NCBI GenBank assembly: GCA_000708835.1
Contig: DF237081.1
Location: forward strand, 1 to 64,000
Reading direction: 5' to 3'
DNA: 64,000 nt
Source: Klebsormidium nitens
Lineage: Eukaryota > Plantae > Klebsormidiophyceae
Of this stretch, positions 47,840 through 60,000 are shown in pieces. The notes beneath the pieces were generated by a model. The model ran no database searches and was not told the origin of the DNA. It worked only from the letters and a program-made list of their open reading frames with translations. The translations under genes were made by a program, and so were the position numbers. The first letter of the stretch is position 1; the number at the start of each line of letters is the position of its first letter.

Positions 47840-50800
47840 ATGGAGGATAGACGCAGAACGACGGTAGCTGGGGGCAGGTTGCAAAAGCAGCACTCAGAGA
47901 TTTCTGGGAAAGACGCATCCGGTTGGAGCAACAGCGACACAGGATCTCCCTCCGGAGCCACCCTGAAGCGCCTCAAGTTGAAAGTTGGAGGCAGCACGCT
48001 CAGCTTGACCCCCAGTAAGTGACGTTATTCTGATAGCTCTTGGTGCTTGTACATGGGGCTTATTATGTACGTTTGTCGTAGAATCAGGACGTTCAGCGCA
48101 AGCGCACCGCCAGATGCTGAGGTGCAGAGACCATTTGCCAGTCACAAGTGTGTTCAAATTCATGTAGACGTGTGGTCAATTGCTTTCCTTTTGAGTACAT
48201 CGGGAACAGAGCTTCAGGCCCTTGTGAGCTGATTTGATGCCTCCAATTGTCCGTGGCCTGAACTGATGAGGCAGCCATCAGTAGAGAGAATGACTCTGCT
48301 CGATCGTTCCGCAGCCTTTGCAATCACCGACTTCAAGCTTGAATGATTGTTTGAGTCAGTCAACATGCTATCCAGCTGAAGTTTGAGCTTCTTTCGTGCT
48401 CGTTCGTCTCTCTTTGCCTTGACTCTTTCATAGAGAATCTCCTGATCAAAACTTTCTCATATCTGCAGGTCAGCAACCCTCCCCTGAGGTTACCCCCCAG
48501 TCGTTGCCTGCAGGCAGGTCCAAACCTCCTCAACCCTCTCCTTTAGAAGGCAAAAAGGGAAGCCCCCACTCTAGTTTCTTGGCTCCAGCCTCAGTGCCAG
48601 AGGAGACGCCTCCAAAGCGGAACCGCCGTGCGGTGGTTGAAGACTCTGATGAGGACGAGAGCCTGCCAGGGGGGGACGAGACAGACCTTTCCGACTCGGA
48701 CAGCCCCCCCCCCGTGCGGAAACGGGCAACTCTGCGGGGAACGGGGGAAGCAGAGAAAGGGACAGCAGAGCAAGCACTCAGGGAAAAGCGGAGTCCAAAA
48801 CCGAAAGTGATTTGGGATCCTGATGCCGGGGGGGGGCAAGACGTGCGCAGCCCAAAGGATGAGAAGCAGAAGAAAGTCAAGGCAACTCCAGAGCCGGCAA
48901 AGAAAGCAAAGCGGCCGGCTAAAGACGCCGGTGAGGAAGGCTCGTCGAGGAAGGCGGAAAAGGAAGCTATAGGGGTTCCCGCAGAAGAAGGGTTTGGGGT
49001 GTCTCCGCCTGTGGAAGGGCGGGAGAGGCGCCTTTCGAAACCGAAGGTCATTTGGGACCCAGACGACGATGACCGTGACTACCTCAAAGTGGTCAACAAG
49101 ACCCCGGAACCAAAAGGCCCTGTCAGTCCAAAGGCGCACGCGAGCCCGAACCCAAAGCAGAGTCACAAGAAGAGCAGCAAATCATCTGCAGGGCCTCTCG
49201 CGCCAGTACACCAAATGGAGAAAGAAGAGCCTTTGCCAGAAATCCCAAACCCCCAAATAGTACAAAATTCCGAGCAAGAAAGCGCCAGAAGCAGCCACTT
49301 GTCAGGTCCAAAACCTCCCGAGTTAACTGCCCCGGTGCGAATAGACCCACTAAACTCCCCTAGAATCCTCCTGTCCCCTCAGGCAGGAGCCTTTTCGCAC
49401 ACCCCCAAAAAGTTCGAAGTCCCTGAACCTGCTGCAACTTCACCGGCCACAACTCCAGGAAAGCGGAGAGACGTTCTAAGAGGAGGACTTGCTTCCCCTC
49501 AGGGAACAGGACTTTCGCCAGGGGGGCGGAGTCCCCAGGGATTCAAGCCCCCCCCAGAGCGGAGCCGGTTGCATGTCACGGAGCTGCACCTTGGGAGTGC
49601 GGAAAAGGGGGGCGATGTGAATGGGGACGGCGGGAGGGGGCTGGGGACACCGCATGGGATGGCCAGTCCAACGAAGAGGCTTGCAGGTACGTTTGGAGGG
49701 CTTGTCAGTTTGTTGCGTACTTCTTTGTTGTCGGCAGTGCCGACATGAGGGTCCTTCTTAGCATCACGCAATTTTGCGTCCAAGGAGGTGTTCCCTACCG
49801 TTAGTGGCTATTTGTTGACGTCAATTTTCCGGCTGCTTTTTCATGCCCAGTCGCATGCTCATTGTTGCTGCGCAGTTTGCGACTCGAACCTCCCGGCACT
49901 TGATAGTTGCGACCACCGCTTGGAGCCAGGTGAACAAGTGTGTCCGCTTCATTAGCCTGTCCACTTAGAAGGAACAACACGCCCCTTCTGAGCACCGAAG
50001 ACAAGAGCCCTTACGTTTCCTTGGCAGTCTGCGGACAAGAAAGTACACTGACGTCATCAATTTTCTGCAGACAAGAAGCGCATGCGGGAGGACACGGAGG
50101 CCGAGCGACAGCTGAAGAAGGAGGAGCGCGCGCGCAAGCGCAAGGCCGACACCGAGAAGGCCGCCCGCGAGGTCCAGGTGAGAACGGCGCGCCTGCTGAC
50201 GTCATCAGGTCTGTTGCTGGCGTCAGTGGAAGCAGAAGTCCGCTCGCTCGAGAGGGACGGACAATCTGCCGAATGTCACGAGAGAGTTGTTTCCTGGTGA
50301 CGTGGCTAAGAGGGCACGTGGTCGAAGGATTGGGGCACAAACCAGGTACAGTGTTTGACGAAGGATTGGGGCACACGGGATTATTGCTCTCATCACAGAA
50401 CGGCTGCAAAGCTCCACCGTTGTAAATGAAAATCTGCTTTCTCGATTTGCTGTGTGCGGCCGTTCATTATTAGATGGGGTTCTCCTCACAGGAAGATACC
50501 GTGCCCGCTTTTGAGGGACCTGTACGATGACGTGAAATGTAGTAAATGAAGGTCCTTTCGCGTTAGCCAAAGCGTTCACATGCATTCGGGGGCCCTGTAC
50601 GATGATGTCAAGTGTAGTAAGCGAAGTTCGGTTTGCCTTGACCAAATTGGTCCTGTGCAGGCGTCTGCGATCCAAAAGATTCTGGGACAGGAGAGCACGC
50701 GCAAGAAGCGGGAGGACGCGGTCCAGAAACGGAGGGACGCCAAGGAAGAGGTGGGGGATCGTGTTCGAATCTCGTATGTTTCTGGGTATGACGTAAGAAA

Positions 50801-52713
50801 ATGACGTTAAGGTGTCGTTGAGTTAAGGTAGATGCTGCAGTCGTGAACAGGGCAGAATCTGGGACGGTTACATCTATCGCTTGAGGAAACTCTCTCCCTG
50901 AAGCACATGTTACTGTCGGGCTGAAAGGATCCGGCTCTGTATATGTCGAAAAGTGTGCGCTGTATATTCCCTTTGTTCGAAGCACAGACCTGACAACGAT
51001 TCCAAGACGCTAGGGTCGTTGTTTAAAAAGAAACCCTAACGAGGCGGCCAGTGCAACCAAGCTAGGCGCCCTGAATGCAACTAGAGTGGGCGAAAAAACG
51101 AACGCTGAAACCAGTGCGGAAATGAGAGGGAGACTGAGCCCCCGCCACTAGCGCCCCCCATTTCGTGCGTGCATTCCCTTCCCACCACAACGAGGAATAA
51201 GAAATGGTCAAAAATGCAAAAAATGATGCTTTTTATAGCTTTATCAGGAGTCGAACAAATGATGAAAAAAAAAGATTGTTATGAACGGAGAACTTGTGAG
51301 CAGGAGCGTTTGGCTTCCGGCGCCGAAGCACCGGGCGACATGGTTCGCGTAATCGACAGCGCGTCTGGAGTGACCGTCATCTGGCCGGCGACCGTGCCGT
51401 TCCCCGTCGAACTGGCGCAGGCACCCATTGAGTGAGTCGCCTTCGACGAGAGTTTCTTTTTGCTCGCTTCTCGAGTTGTGGAAATGACAGAACATTTGGC
51501 CGGCGACCGTGCCATTCCCCATCGAATTGGCGCAGGGCCCATCGACGCTTCGACGAGAGTTGCATTTTGAGCCGTGAAATAAACGCAATAGCTGGCCGGA
51601 ACTTTTGCCGTTCCCCGTCGAACTGGCGCAGGCGCCCCTTGAGTTAGCAGCTCTTCGACAAGAACTCAATTTTTTTGAGCTGTAAAATCAACGCGCAGCT
51701 GGCCGGCGACCGTGCCGTTCCTCGTCGAACTGGCACAGGCGCCCATTGAGTGAGTCGCTTTTCGACGATAGCCGCGTCAAAGTCACCGTCCGAGTCGTCA
51801 AGCAGACGCGACAGTTCCTTCAAAACGGATCCGTCGATTGAATTTGGTAAGGCATAAGTGGTTGAGGAGGGTGCATACGCAACGACGTCTCAGGTTTGCA
51901 AGGGCACGTCAAATCACTTGAGCGTGCTGAAAAGCCGGCCTTCTCATTGGTAAGCCTGGTACATGAGTTTCATTGTCTTTTAAACGTTCTGAGAAATTTG
52001 CCGAAGGCAAGTCTTTTGAACGCACTTCTATCCGTTTCCCAGTACCCCTTCGTGCGACTCCTTTATTTTGAGGTTCCCATTTCGTTCGGCTACGGGCATG
52101 CCTTGTGCGTTTTTCACTACATCTGGTATACTGGCGTTTGACGGGGAAGAAGATAATGGGCGTTCGAAGGACTTCCATTTTGTTCGACTTTGCATGACGT
52201 TTCACATTTCCAGTCGTCCTGCACCCTTTCCTTCCATGTTAACAAGGGTATCGTAGATCGTCGTTTTTAGCAAACTGTTTGGGAGGGACGTTGCACGTCC
52301 TGACTATATCATCGCTCGTCCTCCATAATAACACCGAGCCACTCAATGAGGTTCCGGTTAACAGGGGGATTTTACGAAGGAAAGGTGCATAAACAGTTAT
52401 TTCTTACGGCCAAGAACGATGCGATTGATGCTTTACCTTGTGCGTTTGCTGTCGCACGACTTTGTGCCAAGGCACTCACGCTGAGATAGTCGATTTTGAT
52501 TGTACAATTATTGTAAATTCAATTTATTCAGTTATGCTTCATTTTTGCAGGCCTCCTCCACCGCTATCAAAGTGCTCTGCTCCAGCATGCGGAAACGCAT
52601 ACAAGTATCGGGACTCCCAAACCCTCCTCCCGTTGTGTAGCCTGCAATGCTATAGAGCAGTGAGAGCGCATCCCCAATCAAGCGCGCGAGTTTTGGTGAG
52701 CTCCGGCGGATAA
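47840..52713 (+). CDS. INO80B: INO80 complex subunit B / IES2 (PAPA-1 domain + zf-HIT), 6 exons
   Basis: Exons 47840-48014, 48469-49686, 50071-50177, 50661-50750, 51304-51431 and 52551-52713 are phase-consistent. Motifs LKRLKLKVGG, AERQLKKEERARKRK, SAIQKILGQESTRKKRED, CSAPACGNAYKYRDSQTLLPLCSLQCYRAV. Confidence 0.92.
51381..51760 (+). repeat. IES2 exon 5 3' edge plus donor in four copies
   Basis: Parent at 51381; copies at about 51497, 51592 and 51699. The last is a 60-bp match with 3 mismatches. Confidence 0.93.
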
Positions 52714-54021
52714 CTCAGGAACCTGCACTAAAGTGTATCGCTCTATCGTGTGACAACGTCCGACTTCAAAGCAAATACTTGATTGAAAGCAAATCACTCG
52801 CTCACACTGGAATCACTCGGATTGAAGCTCGACGAATGTTCGTGATCTGGTCGAACCGTTCGACCCATGTACGAGCCGATCTTAGACCCTGACCCACTTT
52901 GCAGAACTTGGGACTCTTCATGACCAGATGTCGCACGCTTTTACTGGCCAAGTTTTGCATGGTTTAAAGGATTGAAACTTCAAATGGGGCATGGGCATGA
53001 CCATGTATGCGGTATCTTTCGTTGCCGGGACGTTGAGAAGAGCGTGGCGCAGGCTGCACATCTTCATTATGTGCTTTCATGCAATACTAATTGTAAAGTT
53101 GTATATTGTGCCCTAGCAAAGAATGAACAATTTGCAATACATCACAATCATGCAGTACGCGTGTAGGCCAACTCATATACTCGGAAATGACACCTCACAC
53201 GTTGGAATATGTACGCTGCCCGGCCCGGGCCCAGCTGCTGGGCCGGCGCTTAAGAAGGCCCATGTCCTTAAGAAGGCCAGTCCTCAAATTCAAACAAATC
53301 CGCGACTGATTTTAATGCAATTTGCATGCTTAATTTGTCACATGTGCTCCGCGGGGTCTTCAAGACTACACATGCCCCGGGGGCCCGCGGCCGGCCCCGC
53401 AATTATACTACATTACGTGCATGCCAACAAGTCATGGTGCTTGCAGCAATTTCATATATTTATTATGATCATCATGTGCTCCGCACTTTCATAATTAGTA
53501 TGATCATGACACTGCATGCACCCTGAACTAGCTTAAATTGGCAGCCAGCTCTATATATTGCGAGAGCTGGCGCGAGGATTGGAGCAAAGCGGAATATTGC
53601 AACGTACCGTACTTGAACTCGATGTGACGCGCACAGCACTTTGTTTGAACGTTGCGACGGTGACCTTTGCAAAATTCAGTTTATGCACTGTTGCGCAGCC
53701 GCCTACCGCACTTGTCTTGGGCCTGGCATGTATATTGCCTGGTAAGCCATTACGTTAACCTCCTATCCTGTTTGCCAGCAAAGATGCGAGCACGGTACCG
53801 CCTTCATCAATGTGCAACAATCATGACATTCAATCCACACTGGTTTGACGTGACCACGAACACTTGGAATAACACAACATCACTCTGCCTTATCGGAGGT
53901 ACAATTGGCAAGCGCGAAATGTCACGTTTCTGAGGGGTCTCTTCGGATAAGCGGCGCAAGAGGTTCTGTAAGGTACCAGCAAGTGGTAAAGCAAAGGCTA
54001 AAGCTAACGAAGACCGCCAGC

Positions 54022-57000
54022 TTAAGTGTTCAGATCCGCCATCGTCATCTTTCTCCGGACCTTCCGCTTCCTCCACCCGAACGCCAAGTACCAGAAGAGC
54101 GTTAACAGCGCGAAAACGACGAATGCAATGGGGAAAATGTTGAACCTGCAAAGCATCTCGCCCGTGTCAGATTGAAGAACGTTTCACAGACAATCAGCGA
54201 TGCTTCAAATCAATCCTGATCCGACCAGATGCATTCTGGGGCCAGTAGCGCACAGCATAGCTAGATTGTCTGTGGTGCCAAAAGTTGCTTCGTCGAAGCC
54301 AAGAGGACAGTGCAATGATCTCGACAAACCCTCTTTCACGCCCAATCCTTTTCCCCCAGATCCAACGCGCATTTCCGTAGGGAAACGAGAGCAGGGCAGG
54401 CCTTTGATGGAAGCTCGGACGTAAGAGCGGATTCAAAACCCTGACTTTCTGGATGTTGTTTTGAACATGTACGTGCGACTCTGTGAGCGGCTCACCTGAA
54501 GAGGTACTTGATGCCCCGCAGGTTTTGCAGCTGCTGTCCGAAAATCTCGGAGACGGCAGTCTCTTGCGCGTATACCGCAAACGCGGACTGGCAGAACAAG
54601 ATAACGCTGCAGCAACCCGGAGCACGAGTTAGTTGTGGCGACTGGATAAACCGCTGGGGGTCCTTGCAGTAGGTTGCTCGTTTGCTTAATGAACCTTGTT
54701 TCTCAAGGTTCAGGGCCACGTAAAGTCTTGCCTTCAGATAATGTAAGAGAAGATAACGGCAGAACAAAGTTGACCCGACTCGAAAAGAAGTGGCGGATCA
54801 AGAACTTTTGGATCCTCAACTGCTGGCAAAGTTTGCGGTTCCTCACATCCACATCAGATCGAGGATCATATGTCCCATTAATTCCAACGGCAAGGTTTGT
54901 ACACAGGTGTGCTACATACAGCGGAGGCTACAAGTTCAAAGATTCGATGCGTTCGAGTGGATGGCAAGAAAACTTTCCAATCATGCGGCTTAAAACCATT
55001 CGGCTTCTTTCTTTTGTAACACACAGCTTTGCGAACCTCGTCAAACCGGTCCCCAGAACTTCGACGGTGCTCGTTTCGTGCTTGTTTCCTGTTCGAACGA
55101 AACACAGCGCTCGGAAGCTCCAACGGACCGCTCCTCCGGAAAATTAGAAGCCTGGCCCTTCGACTGAGGAAGATCTACGGTTAATTTCATCCTGGGTTTT
55201 CCGAAAGAGCTTTGTACAAGATTGTCGAGATCTGCCGTATGCTCCTTACCTGGAGGAGCAGAGCAGTATGAGGGCGACGTTGAAGAGGAACGAGTTCATG
55301 AGGGTCTTGCCAGACCTGCCAAGAGAGGAGAGGGCAACACATTAGAACTGCAAAAACTTCGGGAAAGCACGCCTGGTAAATTTGCGTCTGCAAGCCTTCA
55401 CAATGATTTCCAGAGAGACTGGTATTGACAACAGGAAAGGAAGTACGAGCAACAACGGACAGGAGGTAACAGGGTAAAGTAAAGGCAGTACAAGCGAAAC
55501 GAAGGCAGTACAAGCGCGAACCGACAGATAAGATACGGTGGGGAAGGAACAAAACAAGAGAACGCAGCAACAGGACTGATCAGGAGCAGCTGAAGAAGAC
55601 AGAATACGGACCAACGGGACAGATCAAGAACAGAAAGAGGAAGTAAGGCGCAGCAGCGAAACATGCTTCGCAATTCTGTGGCCTTGCGTTCCTAAAAGTC
55701 TAAAAATTTGAACCTCATGTTTTTCAGGAGTGGATGGGGCGAAGAGGGAAAACGAGAGGCGCAAACAGGAACCAACGAAAAGGATTGGCGGCCCCATTTA
55801 TGAGATGGATGGTGAAAGGTAAGCAGGTTGAAGCAGATGGGCAAAAGGGAAACATGGAAAGACGCAGAACAGAATGATAAAGACGGACTGGCGGCCTCAC
55901 TCCATGGGATGATTGGTGAAAATGAGCAGATCAAAGCAGATGGGCAAAGAGCAAAGGATGAAAGACGCGAAGAGGAGCGGACGAGACCATATGGTGTCCT
56001 AGTTAAAAGGAAAAAGATGAGCAGATTATAGCAGATAGGCCAAGAGAAAAAGACGAAAAACAGGAAAAAGGAGCTGACGAGAGCTTCCTGAGGTCTTCCT
56101 TCATGGGGTAGAAGGTAGAAATGAGCAGTTAAAGCAGGACAGCAAAAAGAAAAGCTTGAAAGACGCAAATCAGGGAACCGAGAAAATGGGAAGGCGTCTC
56201 ACTTCATTGGTTGAATGGTGAAGGTGAGCAAGTCGAAGCCGATGGGCAAAGCTAAAAAACTCAAAGAAGCGGAAAAAGAAACAAGGAGACGGGCTGGCGG
56301 CCTCACTTCATGAGAGAACAAGATGAGAGGAAAAGATGAGAAGACACGAAGAAGGAGCGGACGAAAGCTGCTTGAGGTCTTACTTCATGGGGTGGATCGT
56401 TAAATATGAGCAGGTCAAAGAAGATGGGCAAAAGGAAAACGTTGAAAGACGCAGAACAAAACGATAAAGACGGACTGGCGGCCTCACTTCATGGGATGAA
56501 TGGTAAATATGAGCAGGTTGAAACCGGCCTTCATTTCCCCGGCCATGAGGCAGAGGAAGAGGTAGAAGCAGAAGGCGGCAAACGCAACGGTGCCGAGCAG
56601 ACCTGCAAAGGAAAAAAAAAATGCGAGGTTCGAATGCGATTTGGGCGAGCTCTGGGAGCGATTTTGGGCGAGATTTGGGCGAGGGCTGGTGAGGCTTAGG
56701 TGGGTGGGTTTTGGGCAAGACTCTGGGCGGGGTTTGGGCGAGTGTTCCGGCGAGGTTTTGACGTTTTAAGGAAGGTTGGGTGGACTTGCGCGAGGTTTGG
56801 ACGGAATTTCAGGTAGGGTCTGGTGACCTGCAAAGCTATTCAAACCCACATTTAAGGTCCAACTTGACGAAGGCCTGGTTCAAATTTTTCGACTGCGGCG
56901 GCTTGATGAGCACGCAATATACCAATCTCCACCATATCCACAAACCCGACCCAACCCGAGCGTATTCAAACCCCGCAGAAACTCACCCCACGCTTCGTCC

Positions 57001-60000
57001 AACTTGACGAAGGCCTGGTTCAGAAACTGTAACAGCGGCAGCTTGATGAGCACGTAGATAATAATCGGACGTCCACTATAACCCCAGCAAACCTCGAACC
57101 CAAACCGAGAAGATAACTAAGTTGGTTTCAAACCCAGAGACTTACCCCACGCTTCGTCCAACTTGACAAAGGCCTGGTTCAGAAACTGCGACAGCGGCGG
57201 CTTGATGAGCACGTAGATGATGATGTGAATGATCCACGCGATCGAGGCCACGATGCCGATGAGGCCGAAGAACAGGTTGCCGAAGTAGCGCAGCACGGTG
57301 AAGATCCACAGCGCCTCCGGCTGCTCGCCCTGCGGGTACATCTCGGTCAGGTACGTCTCGTCCTCCTCCAGAAGAAGCAGCTCCTGCGGGAAAAGAGTTC
57401 AAATATGGTTTATCAGACATGATATGACGAGACATTGTGTTCGTATCTCTCGCCGTGCAGGTACATCTCGTTCAGGCACTGCTCATCCTCCTCCTGAAAA
57501 GCAGCTCCTCTGAGGAAGTTTGTTTCCAAAGAGATATATAGGGTTCCCGTGTTTGCGAGGTTGAGAAACTAAAGAACCTTCTTGCAAGGCAGTGCTCGCT
57601 AGAGGGACGTCTCGGTCAGGTGCTGCTCGTCCTCCTTCAAGAGCAGCAGCTTCTGTGGGACAATGGAAAGAAGAAGTACGGTTCCTTGAACCTGCATTTA
57701 CGGGTTTTGCAAATTTCGAACTTCTGCCTGCATCGAAGATACTCGTAGCAAAGGGTACGTTTCCGTCAGATACTGCTCGTCCCTTTCGGGATCAGCAGCT
57801 CGCCTTCAACGGAGTGTGAAAGGTCTTTGTATCTATCGAAGAGGGAACGACGACCTGCTTTAGAACTCTCACCCTCACCAGCTCAAATGAAAACACTCGC
57901 TCCCGCAATCAGACCGAGAAAAACGACTCGAAGGCTCACCCGCTCCACCCGGCGCACGTTCTTGCGCCAGTTGCGGCCCTTGTTCCCGGAGCGCTCCTCG
58001 CGCTGCAGCGCCAGGGCCACGTCTCGGATGTCCTTGGACCGCTTTGCCAGGTCCGTCGCTTCCTACAAGAGAAGAGCGGCGTGGATTAGAATCAGTCTCA
58101 CGCGCCCAAATGACAATTGTGGAACTGTGGTTGCCAGGTTACGTTGACGCTTGCAGGGAAGGGGGCTTAGATTCTTGTCAGGCGAACGACTCAGAAGATA
58201 CGTAGTGCTCAGTTGAACCACTGGCCTCGCTACCTGCGGATGACGTCAGCAGGGGGAGTCGAAAATCGTCTGCGACACGGTGCATCTGTAGTCACGACTG
58301 AAAGGCCATCTCTTAAGAGAAGGGCTGAAAAGTTTTCAAGGCTCCGCCGGCTTCTGCGTCCCTTTTCGCTGCCAAACAGGACGCACCGCTCGAGGAAAAA
58401 CACCATGCACCGCCTCCTTCAAACAAGTTCCCCAGTCGACTCAAAAGACGTCTAGCAATCTTTTCAAAGGCGTCAAATTTTACTTTGACGCGTGGCTTGT
58501 GCAGGAATGGACACGTGGCTGACCTTGATGTACTCCGAACGGCTGATGACGGCCGTTGGGCGCCGCAAGAAGGCGAAGATCATGTCAAGGGGTAGGCACA
58601 TGATACCAATCCCGCCAAAGATCTGCACGGCAAACGAACAAGTGGATTTATTCTGAGTCGGTGTTAACGATCTCGGCGATTCCGGGTAGGATTTGAGACC
58701 TCAAAAGCGCAGCCGGAAGCCCAGCTTCTTGACCTGCTTCAGGCCCGAAAAGAGGGTTTCTGTCGGGTCGGTCTCAACAGGTAGTTTCGCTGACCATCTG
58801 GTTTAATGTCACGCCCCCAGCTTCATGGCAGCGTGGGGCTTGGAGATTGTGGAACCCGCCGGAATATGAGCGATTAAAGTCCGCATAGCTTGTTGGTGGA
58901 TGTGAACTCGCAAGCAATCAAACGTAGTTGAACCTCTGTGCATTTTCGATGCTTCCGATGATCCTTTTGTCGACTGATGACGACAGCTCCCACTTGCATC
59001 CGTCCGTTCTCAAGTGCGTCCCCTCGAGAAAAAGAGCGCCTATCTACGGGCTAAAGTGCCTGGGCGAAAAGGGCGGCCGGCTAAACCCAACGACTCTGGT
59101 TGTATGATCTGTAACCACGTTTTGGTCTAGCTCGCTTGTCGAGTCGTGGCCACCAGAAATGGCCACCGAGGAGCGATTCCGTCACAGGAGCTGTTTGCGT
59201 CGCATCAACCAGCAAGGGCCTTTGTTCGCGACGATTCCAAGAGGGTGACGTCATCAAGTGACGTCACCTTTGGGTGGTCTGGTGTGCTCACCGAGAAGAG
59301 GACGGATCCGACGATCGTGGTGATCGCGATGACGTACACCGGGAAGGTCGTCCGGATGGTCCACGTCTCGCCCGTGTAGGAGGGGGCTTGCAAGGCGTCG
59401 CACTGTAGAAAAAAGCGTGCTTTGATTACGAATGAACGAGATGAGAGACGGTACTTGTCTACTACTGCACCAAAAGCAACAGAGTAACCCCTCCCGCCAA
59501 TGAAACACTATATTTGGAATGTACTGAATGACCAGATCTCGTTCTGAAATATAGAACTCTTCACAAGTGTGCTGACCTAGTCAAAAGAGTGATAATGAGC
59601 TTCAAAGGAAGCACCAAGCAACCCGAAGCGGCGTTCCTTGAATATACCGGCTCTCCACGCATACTCATCCTGAGCCCCAGATAACATAACCCGCCCATGG
59701 CTGCCACTTATTTCATCTTCTGGATTGAGCACAATTTCTCCAGATCCACCGACGCAAGTGCTTATGCTGTTGGCCGAGGCAGGATACCAATAAGACCCCA
59801 AGAGTAAAGTACCGTATCCTCGCCTCGCTTACTCCTGCCGCCTTCTTTTGCACAATCGTTAACCATGTCCCAAACTCTGGTGCAGCACAGCAATACGAAG
59901 CGCTTCAGAGTCGCAACCGGCCGCTTCTCCAAGAAGCAGGCAGCCTGGTTTGCGACCAGTGCATATCTAGAGTTTGCTTCTCTTTCGTATTTCAAAGAAT

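Noticed and set aside
54674-55147. 157-aa + strand ORF in an LMBR1 intron as a nested gene or TE
   Set aside because: No recognisable domain or termini, and part of it resembles decayed copies of the neighbouring exon edge.
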